Shown in pieces: positions 10,954 through 23,000 of a DNA stretch of 62,153 nucleotides. Below the pieces are notes generated by a model. It saw only the letters and a program-made list of their open reading frames with translations. It ran no database searches and was not told where the DNA came from. The stretch spans positions 1 to 62,153 of the forward strand of contig JAAPAO010000149.1 in assembly GCA_013115145.1 (NCBI GenBank). Reading direction: 5' to 3'. Source of the DNA: Perkinsus chesapeaki ATCC PRA-425. Taxonomy: Eukaryota; Protista; Perkinsozoa. The translations under genes were made by a program, and so were the position numbers. Every line of letters begins with the position of its first letter. The first letter of the stretch is position 1.

Positions 10954-12920
10954 ATGACACGGAAGCGAGTTATCGATGAAGTTGTGGATCTCACAGGGAG
11001 CACTCCACCTCGGCGAGGGGGCAATCACGGCAGCAGCAGTAGCCTCATCAAGACTGGTGTACGCTGGGCCAGCCTAGAGCCTCGGAGGCCGGTTGCTTTC
11101 AGATTGGTAAGCAAGTTCGGATTGATCGAGCAGCGGTGGCTGGTGAGTTTCATTTGGATTCTATCACCAAGTGATGAGCAACTCAGAGAACACCTTCCGG
11201 AAAATGATGCAGGCGGCCCAGTCGCTGCCGTCCTCCGAGGGCAAAACCGTTCCGGCCCCGCCGCCAGAGCGCAAGTGAGCCTCGGTATGTTGGGCGATAA
11301 CAGGGGTGTGGTTTCAGATGCAAGTACTGTGGAGGGCACCGTGTGTCCCTGGCGGACCAGTGCGTACGGACGCTGACTCAATGCGCTACGTGTGGCGATG
11401 CAGTCTGTAACATGTGCTCTAATTACATTGTTAATAACGAAGTTCTCGGCGGGTAAGCAATAACGCCGGGCGAACTAGATTAACTGAATATCTCAGGGCG
11501 CAGTGCGCAGAATGCGCCAGTGCAGCGAGGGGAGGCCCTCAGGCTCAGGCGAGCAGCAGCAGCAGTAGCAGGCCCTAGGGCCGGAGCATGCTGTTTCGAC
11601 CACGTGCTCAAAATTGGTGTTGCGTTTGGCGGGTGATGTGGAGTGCCTCAGCTTTGTTGGGCGACTATGTCGTTCTCTTCCAGCTCGACCAGCGTCACAC
11701 AACTCAACTCCCCTTCGTTCGAGATGGCCAAGGCCCTTGCCTTAGGTTCGGCCCTCATGGGCGGGGGCTTCCAGGAGGAACAGGGCCACACACCTTGGCT
11801 TACCATGCTGGACCAGTTTATGGACGGCCAGCAGCCACCACCGTCAGAGGAACCACAAGAATTGCCAGAAGACCAACTGCTAGTTCTGGATGAGGCGCAG
11901 ATGGCCGAGCCGCAAATACCTGCTGCGGCCCCGGAGGAGCCGGAATCCTTCGCCCTGCAAATCTGCCGTACCAAAAAGAAGCCTCCGGAGCTGGACTACG
12001 TTGAGAAGGTTGTCCCGAAATCTGTTCGCCGATCGATCAAGGCCGACGATGTCTCCGCCCGGTGGACCTTTCTGGACAATCGTCTCTGTGTGGAGCTCAC
12101 GAACAAGCTTTTTGGCGACGATAGGATCCTCTACGTCTCGGCGGCGGTGGAGCCAAACCCCCAACCTATGGGCCTGGTTGGACCTCGGACCGTCGAGTGC
12201 CTTCCGCTCTTTGCTGAGGCTGACGAGTTGTTACTGCAATCGAAGGAGCTTCGGCTGCTCATCGCCATGGTTTGCAGCCAGGTGACCTGCCATTTAGGGG
12301 AGATAGTCATGACGTTGGGAGAAAAGCAGCCTGATGAAGCCAAGGAGGCCAATAAGAAGGTTGGCAATGCTCGTAAGCGGCGAAGGTCTTCGTCCAGGCG
12401 GCCACGTCATCATTCCACCGACGACGAGGACTGGGACCCCAACAGCGACTCGTCCGTGCGTGACTCGGGGGCCGCTATAACGCCCCGAAATCTGCCAAAG
12501 AGGCGCTCCAGGAGGCCACCGAAGAGGCTAGGTATAGATGACGATACGGTCAGTGACTACACCTCAGATATCGGCCCGGACGAGCTCTCCACGAGGCACC
12601 AGTCCACGACGGGGCCATCGAGGGCGGCCAGTCCAGCAGGAAAATTAATGACGAGGCGGAGCGGAGCACGCCAACGTGCCCGACCGTCGACTTCGGCGGG
12701 TCGGCGAGCTGTGGAGTCTGAAGTTAATAATTTTGAAGATGACGATGACGACGACGCTGTCAGTGTCCTATCCGACAGGGCCGTTCTTGCGGCTGCGCGC
12801 CGGAGGAAGATGCGGGCCTCGGCTAACATCTGGCCGCCAGGTCTTCGGCCAGTTGGGAATGGCCGTCCCGTATGCATGATTCGGGGAAAGGTTGTCTTGG
12901 ATCCTAGGCTGCGGCGATGA
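10954..12920 (+). CDS. Hypothetical, probably nuclear protein (multi-exon; long basic/acidic low-complexity C-terminal exon)
   Basis: MTRKRVIDEVVDLT start (SIM-like VVDLT), GT-AG-bounded ORFs, and a 425-aa ORF with RKRRR/PKRR NLS-like motifs. Confidence 0.55.
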
Positions 12921-13142
12921 AGCGGCGACGACTTTGTAACATTAAGCGCTTCGACGGGGCTCCTTCCCTGTCCGATGTAGCTGGACCATTCCTCGGTAGA
13001 CTATGATTAACTTATTGCAGAGGCACTCGTGTCGAGTTTTGGGGCCGGCAGGGCCGCAGTTTTGTGCTCAGCTATAATTCTTGAATGTCCAGCCGTATCT
13101 GTTTGCTTCTATTCAATCTCTTTATCACCTCCCAGGTGTCTG

Positions 13143-13905
13143 ATGGGTACTTCTGGCTCAAAGTCCCAGGTAGGCCGTCGCCGCCGACCGCTGACTGCAG
13201 GCTGCTTATCTGGTTAATGCAGATGATGTTATGTTAAGGATGCTGCAGAGCCGCGAAGGCGATAGGCGTGTCGAGCAGGAGGGGGAGCCGATTCCACTGG
13301 ATGCCCTGCAGCCACCAGAACGTCGGCGCTACTGGTGTTGACGGTTGGCCATGGCGATGCCAGGTATCATCCCTCGGGTCGTGGTTCCGCCGCCGCAGCC
13401 TGCAGAGGATGTCTTCGGTGGCGATGACCTCTTCGGTGGTCGAGATATGTTCGGGGATATGGACCGGGCCTTTGGTAACATGGAAAGAGGCTTTGGCAAT
13501 ATGCTTCGGGGCCCTCCACTTGGTAGTGAAAGCATATCTTAGGTCGAAGCAAGGATTTGACTTTCAGGGGACGGATGGGTCCAGGCAGGCCGAGGTAGCC
13601 CTTCGCATATATCTGAGAGCTCGAGCAGTATGGAGAGCCATGAGACTTATGTTAACGATGGCCAGCACAAGGTGAGGACAAGATAACCTCGCCGCGGCCA
13701 TCAGTGCTCTGGTCAGCCCCTACACACCGCCACGATGGTTGGCAGCAGCCAGGAGCTTCACGGCGATGATCCTAAGCATCTCAGTGGTGACGCGGCTGCT
13801 GTGAAATGCAAGGACGGTGGGTCGTGGGATTTGGGGCTCTTTGATGGCAATGGTGCCAGGGAAGTGCGTTACTGTCCATGCCTTGCTGAAGCCCAAGGCG
13901 AATGA
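13143..13905 (+). CDS. Small hypothetical protein with N-myristoylation-type start (MGTSGSKSQ), multi-exon; 3' end tentative
   Basis: Exons join in frame: MGTSGSKSQ|AAYLVNADDVMLRMLQ...PPE|RIIPRVVVPPPQPAEDVFGGDDLF. Confidence 0.45.
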
Positions 13906-14032
13906 GGCCTGAAAATTCCTATACAAGATACCCACGTCGGCATGCGATGGTCGTCCATCTCTTCTACTGTGTTGAGTTAGAGTGTTCAGCAGCTGGGGGT
14001 GGCTCAATGGTCCGGTCCAGCCAGTTGATTAC

Positions 14033-16753
14033 ATGCTGGGACGTCGCAGAGGCCCGGCGGGGTCGGCCAGGAGCTCCCCGAGGAACAACAGTGTAGGCCA
14101 GGCTTAGTCAGGACGCCAACAAGGCATTATCTCAGAACGCCCACAAGAGCTGGAAGGAGACCATGTCCGAGTCGGAGGACTCCGACATAGGGGACTTGGC
14201 CACGGCTGTGGCCGATGCAAGGAAACGCGAGGCCGCTGGGGCGAAGGCACCGCAGAGGGATGACGATAGCAGGTAGAAGAGTGCTACATGCTGCTGGCTG
14301 CTTGTATGAGATATAGTTCTGAATCGAGCGACATGCGCATTATGAGCGATGGAGAGGATATGGAGATAACCAACGAGGCACCACAAAAGCGGACTGTGAA
14401 GGAGAAGGCAGCAGCATCAGGGTCGGGGAAAAAGGAAGTAAGTAGAGGACGGGGCGTTGGTGGTGGATAACACTGATGATGGTCCTCCCTGTCCAGAGCC
14501 GGAGTAATGGCTCCAGACGGGACCAGAAGGATTCGAAGCGGAAGGCAGCGGCTGGCAGCTCGGCTAGGTCCAAGCCGAAGAAGCGCAAGAGGTGAGTATA
14601 TAGGGACACCTTTCTGAAAGCCCACGACGGTGAGGGCGGCGGCGGTGGCCGGCAGAATCGTGCTGCTGAAGGTATGCGTGGATGGACTCTGATGAGAGTA
14701 GCATCACCGAGAATAGTAGCTCCTCCTCCTCTGAGGAGGGGTCTTCTTCTTCTAGTGAGGACGAAACAGGCCATTACCGCCATCGTCGTTCAGCATCTTT
14801 ATCTCCTACTGCCGAGGTAAGCTAGGTAGCCATCCAGCTTCGGAGTGTCTCATTTATCCTAAAATGGCGTTTAAGAAACTATTTCCTGCCTCGGACGACC
14901 ATGTGGATGCATCCCAAACATATCACCTCGACCTCTAAATCTTGCCATCTTGCTAAATCTTGCATTTCCTCAGCGTCCTGCTGCTGTGGAGAAGGCTCTG
15001 GAGGAAGGAAGGAAGCTGGCAGCTCGTATTAATGTTTGTCGGAATCAAGATGAGTTCTGGGAGGTAGGCCCACCTAGCCGACCGAGCCCCATGGTCTTGT
15101 CAGTTCCTCGAGGACCTCGATCCCAGAGTCCCGATGTCCCAAGGTGGCCCTCTGCCCGGGACAGCTATGGCCGCTGCGATACACCGTCTCACTGGCTTCG
15201 TCTATCAGTACTACCACACGCCGCAGGAGATGATTTCGCTGGTGAAAAGTCGGAGTATGAAGAAGTTGACGAATATAGTGGAAACCGGCATCAAGCGGTA
15301 GGCGGAGCGAAGCAGCAGGAATTGGAATGTGGTTTTGTAAGATTCTCCCATATATCGAATCATGTATCCAATATGGACCTAACTACAATAGTCATATCTG
15401 TGGCCAAGCTTGGAGTGCACTGTGATAAGCTGAGCAACACCAGCAATGCTGGGGCGACGAGCTCTCAGAAACAGGGACTGTAGGCGATGGGGCAGCGGTG
15501 AGGCGAAAGATTCCGGACAGGTCGGCCAACGCTTCTGGGACACCGGCGAACCCGAAGACCCATACGGAAGTTCCTGTCATTTTCGGAGCTGAAGTCGTTT
15601 TGGCTTTGGCGGCCGAAGCCCGGCGTCGTGGCCCGGATGCCTTTGTCCAGGCTGGCCTCGGTCAGTTGTGCGAGCTCTGCTGGGGTGAGGGAGCAGCCGG
15701 GGACATGGCGACTGATTGTGTGGATTAGGCATAGCCAAGGCCCTTCAGTGCTGCTGTAGCTGCCAGCATGAGCGACAGAACGCCTTGGAGTTTATACAGT
15801 AATACACGGCGGGCAATTTGGGTCATATGCTCGGCTATATCAGACACAGTCGGAAGGATCTAGACAGCTTTTATTGCTCTATAGCGGAGAAGATCTACGC
15901 TTCCGACATGGACAGGTGTGTCCCGCCGAGGATGCCTTCCGTGGAGTCTCTGTTAGTCTCACCATACCGGACATCTGTAACATCTGCATGGGCTTCTCCT
16001 TGGCGCGCTCAATGGGCCTGGTGTCGACGGAGAAGAGCACGCTCTCTCGGCCAGGGACAATGGAGAAGGATGAAGCTCAAGACCCGCCGGCGTACGTCCT
16101 AATGGCCAAAGGGATCCTACCTCAGGTAGGCCGGCAGCCGGGTGTTCGTTCCTGATACGGCCTTTCAGCTCCGGGAAAGACTGAGCTATCGGTCTCACGC
16201 CGTCAATGCCTTGGGTGCAGCTCCACCGTTGCCAGGGGAAACGCCGCCGCCAGCGTGGCAGAGGACTGGACAGTAGTAGAGGGGCGCGGGGGAAGGGGGG
16301 CTAGTTGGATCGACAGGCATCGACTCAATCCACAGCAGACGTGCGATATTACATGCAATCTGGCACAGATGGATATATACGATGAGCAGGTCTACAACCT
16401 CATAGGACAGATGGCAATAATGCCTCGGTTGAGGTAGCCCGCGAAAACTGCGCAGCGCCGGCGAATGATGCTTTGTAGGGAGTTCGGCAGCCATCAGCTT
16501 CGGCGATTGAGAGATGCCTTCGACTTGGTGCGACATGATGGCGACTATGAGCTACTCAGAGCGATGCGACAGAGAATTGGAGGTAGCAATCAGGAACAGT
16601 TTTTCGGGAAAGCCATTGAGACTCGCTCGTGCCTCAGGTTCCGGCCAGTCCCATGGCGGCCGAAGGACAGGAGCGGTCATCCACTCCGAGACGGTGAGGT
16701 ACATCAACCAGCGAGAGTTCATGCGGCGGGTTCAGCCGCAGCCCAACTCATAG
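14033..16753 (+). CDS. Helical-repeat (RAP/OPR/HPR-like) protein with long Ser/acidic/basic N-terminus, multi-exon
   Basis: Spliced segments AMAAAIHRL, MDLTTIVISVAKLG, GQLCELCWGIAKAL and LTIPDICNICMGFS resemble degenerate OPR/HPR repeats; N-terminus has SESEDSD and KPKKRKR. Confidence 0.45.
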
Positions 16754-16853
16754 CACTATTAATAATAAGTTTCAGCGTGGATCGGAGTTTTGTGTTCAAA
16801 GTCGGAGCGGACAGGCGGTCTGTCAGCACACATTGTTATGAATAGTACGCGAC

Positions 16854-18785
16854 ATGACGCGGCATGATTGTCTTAGTATCCAGCTGGAGGAGGCGGAGGC
16901 CCTGAGGTCAGTCTACGACCCAGAGGTCGGATTTATGTGGCTGCATCGGCCGGCGGGGAAAGGGGACGGGGATATAGCGTAATACAGAGACGGGCTGCTG
17001 GGACGATTTGGGGAATGCGATCGAAGGGTTGTTAAGGCAGATTTGACAGGACATTAAGAGGGCATTGTTCAAGGAATACATCGTAGAGTAGTTCGCGCCG
17101 GTGGGGAACATACGGGAATGATAGTTGGCGACAATGATGGGAATTGGTGAGGTGGCCTAGTTGTCTCATGCCACGCATCTGAATCTATTTTCGGAAGAAA
17201 AGAAATCGTGAGAGCTTCGTGGAACTGTCCTTTGGGACAGCGTAACACAAAGGATTCTTATATGTCGCACCTCCGTCAGTTACGCCATAACAATACACGG
17301 TGAAAGCGAAGTGGAGGCTGATGCTACATTCATGTTTACCCTGCCCAAGGGGTACCCACTGGACCTCGACGCTATACCAGAGGTCATAGCCGCCGAAGGC
17401 TCCGAGGCTGTCAATGGCAAATTAAGTAGGACCGAGGAGTGAATCTCCAGGCCATGGTATGATCAGGAAAACTGCAAGAGTTGGTGGTCAATGGCATCTG
17501 GAACCAGATCAAAGGCGGATACGAATTTCCTATTCTGGCGGCGCTAGCTCCGGTGAAGGACCTCCTCACGAAGGTAGGCTCTAAACGTCGGAGACCGATG
17601 TGGTAGGATTTGATTGGTAGTATGGAAATGCTTGGGAGGATGAGCAGGCGGAGCGAAGCAGGCAAGAGGAGGAATCGGCGGCTCGAGAAAAGGTGGAGGA
17701 GCAGCAAGCTGAGTTGATGCAAAAGGAGGCCGAGAAAGAGTACAACGCCTGGGCTGATCAGATGGCTGCTATTCAGGTAGGTCCGGATGGGACGGCTGTG
17801 GGGGAGGGTTGGGTCTCAGGAAAGGAAGGACGAGCTTCAGAAGGGCAAGGGTGGGTCTAAGGGGAAGAGAGGGACTAAGGCGCCGGAGGCTGTGGACCCG
17901 ACAGATCTACGAGAAGGGGAGCCTATTACTGAAAAAAAGGTAAAAATTACGATAGCAAGCAGCAGTTTAAGATTCGCATTAGCGGTTGTTAAGGAGCTAA
18001 CCGCATGAAATTGCATACTAGGATTGCACCAACCTAGGAGCTACCTAGGTTGTGTCTTTGCTGCATGTGGAACAAGGGAATGAAATTCGGAGGAAGTTTC
18101 CGGAATTCCGGCCTAACGTTGCTTCCACTTCAGCTGTTCGGTGCGGCATCTTGGCACTGAGTCAAGGAAGGCCGAGTCGAAATCTCTGTTTGTTTTTCTC
18201 AGTCGAAGTTTCAAGCGCATCTAGCATTTGTCGAGACCGAGGAGGATGTCGATATAGCTCTTAGTACTTTAAAACAGAGCCACAAGATACTGCGGGCCAC
18301 ACACAACATTTACGCCTATCGCTTCAAGACGAGAGACGGTGACACCAAGTCCGCCGACCTAGGTAGGCAGCTGCTGTTGCTTATAGAAGGGTACTGGCCA
18401 GATCAGGATACCATCAGGACCATGACTCTGATGGAGAGGGAGGGGCTGGGACCAAGCTGCAGGAGCTACTTACACTCACTGGGGCGGAGGGAGTCCTGGT
18501 CATAGTTTCACGGTAGGCTCGGACACAGGGGGGATCCTATCACACTCCTACCTTGAGGAAGGAAATTCAGAAAGTTCCTGTCGGTTCGTATTCGAAGTTC
18601 ATGGTGAGCGTTTCAACACTGAGCTGGTCCATGGGTGCAAGAGTTGTGTGTTCGTCAGGTGGTATGGTGGCATCCACCTCGGCCCGCTACGGTTCAAGCT
18701 GATAAACCGAGTGGCCCGGCAGATCCTAGAGGACGAGGGGGCCATCGAGCCCGGGGCCCACCACGGTGGCAAAAAATCTAAATAG
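16854..18785 (+). CDS. IMPACT: IMPACT family protein (RWD + UPF0029/YigZ domain), multi-exon
   Basis: QLEEAEALRSVY (RWD start); EPITEKK|SKFQAHLA...RATHNIYAYR...DHDSDGEGGAGTKL...VIVSR|WYGGIHLGPLRFKLINRVAR. Confidence 0.92.
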
Positions 18786-18876
18786 TGTTCCTTGTAAACT
18801 GTTATTCATTTCTGTTGATGTTCCCCCGCCTGTCTCTTGCGTTGTCCCCGTCAATGGTCCTCAGCAGCCCTCCTCT

Positions 18877-19965
18877 ATGGCTTTCCGGGCGCGGTGTCGA
18901 ACGTTTTCGTCTCGCCTCAGGGGCCATTATCACTCCTGGGTGCCTGCTCCAGCCAGGAACGCCCTTCGGGGGGTCGGCTACTTCATAATAGGTTACACGG
19001 CTACTCGGGAGGCGGTAGGCGGTCTACCGGCCTGCTTAGTCGCATCTCCCGTGATGTAGGCCCCAAAGGTCCTTGAGGCCTACCGCCTGCTGGTCCAATC
19101 TTACGAGCCGGCCGAGTTCATCGAGCCCTTGCCGGCCGAAGCTGTAGCTGAGCGATGGGAGAGGGTGGCGCCACCTTCCACCTTTTCCGGCCACCATCCT
19201 GGTACTCTTAGGATCGGCGGCTGAAGGCCCTGGACCTGAACAACGCCACACCGGATGATGTTGCTAATGTTGTTTACGGTATTCTTTGGGCTATATAAAC
19301 CTCGCCAGCCCACGGTCAGCACAGGTTCGGTCACTGGTGGTGCTAAGGTGACGGCGGAAGAGGCCAACCGATTTTTTGACACCTATGGACCAGTCAGGTG
19401 GACGGAAGAGGTCTGCTCCCGACCGCAGCGCCACTAAATTCCCCACGCCGTTCTGTTTGGATTCTTCAGGCGCTAGACGTCTGCGGCCAGTCGGCCCCTT
19501 TAATGGTCATGGTGAACCCCCAAACAGGAGGGCCTGCCTCCGGCGTTGCCAAGTGGGCCCACGAGCTGCTCTCGCGAAAATGCGACCTCACGTGCGTATC
19601 TTCCGTCGACGAACTCGAGGGCCATAAGGATGGCACTCTTCTGGTGGTCTACCCCAAAAACGATGGCGATGCCGCGAAGGTGAGCAAGGCGGCGTTTTGC
19701 GACGGCGATTTCGATTTTCAGAATCTCGAGGCGTTCTGCGGCCGTCGCTTAATCTACGTCGGCGAGGGCCCCGGGGGATTCTGCGCCGATCAACATTTCT
19801 TCGAGGAGCTTTTCCTCAACTGGCGAGTGACCCGAAAGGTCTCCCTCGGTCCCCAACTGGGGGATCAGCCATCCGTTTCCTATTTATACGTAAGCTCTCA
19901 TCCGCTTATCAGACGGTACCTCTCCGCAGGTCCTCGAGCGTCGTGCTCGCGGTGATGCAGGGTGA
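18877..19965 (+). CDS. Hypothetical protein with mitochondrial-presequence-like N-terminus and a methyltransferase-like C-terminal domain
   Basis: MAFRARCRTFSSRLRG start; LLVVYP...LIYVGEGPGGFCADQHFFEEL resembles a widespread uncharacterised Rossmann/MTase-like family (recalled, not searched). Confidence 0.5.
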
Positions 19966-20049
19966 TGACGTTTCTGGAAGTCTGTTGAGATTGTCGTTCG
20001 ATTTGGTGAGTGCAGAACGGGTTAACTTCCGCCGCAGTTTTTCACGCAA

Positions 20050-23000
20050 ATGCCCCGCTCCGCCTCCAGCCGCGGCAGCACCCGAAGATCTGCCTCTTCT
20101 CAGCAAACTGCGCCGTAAGCCTCATGTGACCCTGTCAGTGACCATGGCCACATCAGGCTCGCCCCGGCCATAGCTGAGACTCAAGAGCGAGTACAGACGC
20201 CACCCAGGAAGCGTGCCAGACAAAGAGCCTCGGCGACTTCCAGCTCGACTAGCTCTAACTCCGCCACCAGCCGTCGCTGTAGGCAGTCTCTGTGTGGCTG
20301 GTAGATAGGCATCTTGATTTCAGCCGCAGGAGTGCCAGCCAACGCTAAACTTGTCGAGCTGCAGACGGTCCTGGGCAGCCGAGGAGAGTACCATATGAAA
20401 CAGTTAGTTGCCAAACTGGTTGACCGAAGGAGGAAGAATGACGGACCAAGCATAGTGGCCACAGTCGGTCCCATCGCCGTTCGCGTTCCTGCTTTACTGC
20501 CGGTTTCAGGCTATCAATCTCGTTCTTGCCGGAGCCGGCTGCAAGGAACTAGTTCGAGTAGATGACATCGGCGCAGGAGAGGAATCCCAGGGAGCCTCGG
20601 CTCAAGCTGTGGAGGATCTCGTCCATGTATGTTTTTTGTGGTCATTTTTCTGACACCTCTATCCAGATGGTGGTGGAGAGCCACGAGTCGGCGGAGGTCA
20701 GCAGCCCCTTATCTGGCCAGGTGGCCTTGAAGCAAAAGCTGACTCTGGCGTCGACCGGCAGAAGTGGGTCCAAGCTGAGCTTAGTGGGCATCGGTTTCTC
20801 CTCTTAGGTGGCGAGGACAAATCATCAGCGACTCGTCTTCGACACTTGCGAAATTTCGACTGTTTTTTCCGGACGCTTTACGCCACGCTGGCTGGTGATG
20901 GCGGTGACGGTCTGGAGCTCGTAGCACTCCTCAGCTCATTCTTGCTGGGGGTTATCGACGGCCAAGCTACTGTAAGCGCCCCTGGTCTCAAAGGCGAATA
21001 CTACACTACTCTCTCGTCTGTTGCACTTTGAGGTAGAAATGGCTTTGAATGAACCAGATAAATTTGACGAATGTGCTTCCATCGAGATAACTCCTTCACC
21101 GACCTGCCGATCGGTTGTGGTGACTCCTGTTCCTTCAGGGCCCCTCCCTGGCATCCATCCCGCTACTAGAGATTCGGACAGTTGCCTCTTCGGCGGCCTG
21201 CGCTGGGTGCAGTGGGCTGGTCGAGGTCATCCGCACCCAAGAGGCCGATATAAAGCATCTCGAGATGACAAGTAGGCTACCACGCCTGGCATCATGCAGC
21301 AGTGATGTTACCGCAGCGCCGCTCGGTGGCCGGGTACCGAGCCGGTCAGCAGCCCAAGAGATGAGGAACCGACTGAAGGCCATGATGAAGGTCCTCGAAG
21401 GCATGGTCACCATCCTCAGCGCAGAGCGCAGCCGTGACTCCTCCGAAGCCATCCGAGGAATCGTCCTGTCCCACGTGAGGCTGCTGCCGGCTTTTCACGA
21501 TCTCCATTCATCGGTTACTTCAGTCCGGATTCGCTTCGTGGATCTGCGCCCTAGATGACCGGAGCTTCTCGGCCACCGCTGTGGCGCAATTGGTGACTGG
21601 TTTGGTAGACCGCAGCTCGATCGTCAGAGGGATGGTGCAGCCACCGAGTCGTGCCCTGGCCAATGAGTTCTTCAGATTCTCCAGGGGATCCATCGGACCC
21701 TATCGCTAGAGGCATCTAAAACCGTCACGCGCCACCAATTGGGCAGCCTGGCCCCGCACGTTCTGAGAAGGTGCTTCGACGAGGACATCACTGTGAGGTA
21801 AAGCCACCATCTCCATTCCCTCCTTCGGTTACGGCTCTTCTTGTAGGCTCTGGGGCGTGAGATGCCTCAATAGAATAGCAGCTGTAGGGGATTCCCTAGA
21901 CGACGACGATGAGCCGGTGGGTGAGCTGATCGGCTTGGAGCAGCCAGTGGCTTTGTCAGGTGCTCACCGACCGAGACTTTCAGTTGGTATCGAACTTGGT
22001 CTGGCATCCCGATTTGAATCTGAGGATGGAGGCCATGCGCTTCGTTGATGCCCACGTGTTCGGTGATCCAGGTTAGCGCTGCATTCGCTACGAAATGTCA
22101 CGGCGGTCCTCAGGGGTCCTCCGCGGGACGTCCCCGGGTGGGGGCCCTTCTGACGAGTCTACCATGCCACTGCTCATGATCGTCGAGTTCATCGTTCAGT
22201 AGAGCCCCTGCATCCTCGGGGACAAGCCACCCGCTTTCAGGTACGGAGACCAACAGGAGACAGCCGAACTCGTTTTTCGAGTCGCCGAGGCCATCTACCG
22301 GCTGAGTCCAAGTCGACGCTGCCATCTTTGCAGTTTCGCCTCTTACATGACTCTTTTCTCACCTGACGAAGTGCTCTCTCAACAAGTAGGTCTGCTGCCG
22401 AAGCGAGAGGCCTTTATTTTTCTCAGCTCTCTCAAGCCAGCACCACCCCAGCCGAGAAAAGCGTCCTGTTGGCGTTGCTGTCGTCCACTGTGAGGATCTG
22501 CAAGGTCGATTACTCACCCTCAGCGATATCTGACGCCTTGGGCAAGTCCTGGGCAGAAACACTTCTCACGGCGTTCCGTGGAAGCACTACGGAGATGGTA
22601 TGCTCGCTCCGCCAGAAGCTCATAGCCGCCCTCTGGTCCTTCAGATTACCACGGCGGAGCTAGTTCGCGAGCTGGCCTGTGAAGGTGACGTTCTCGATGG
22701 TGGCTTGGTGGAGATGTTGGAGTCGCTGTTGGCCGAGACCTCCGATGAATCTCTGCTGTCCCTGACGGCTGACCTGCTTAAGGGCCACTACTCTGCCGAT
22801 GGGGCTCCGCCCTTCATAGCTGCCCTGCGAGAGAGATGCAACGAGCTCATCGACACGCCGAATAATCAAAAGTGATCTCATCCAAGTTCGATCCTCGGGT
22901 CCGACATCTTCTATATGTATTCAGGCCTTTAACAGAAGAGCTCTACAGAGCCGTGGCTCTCTCGAAGCACTGGGACGTCATCCAGGATGACTTCTCCCTC

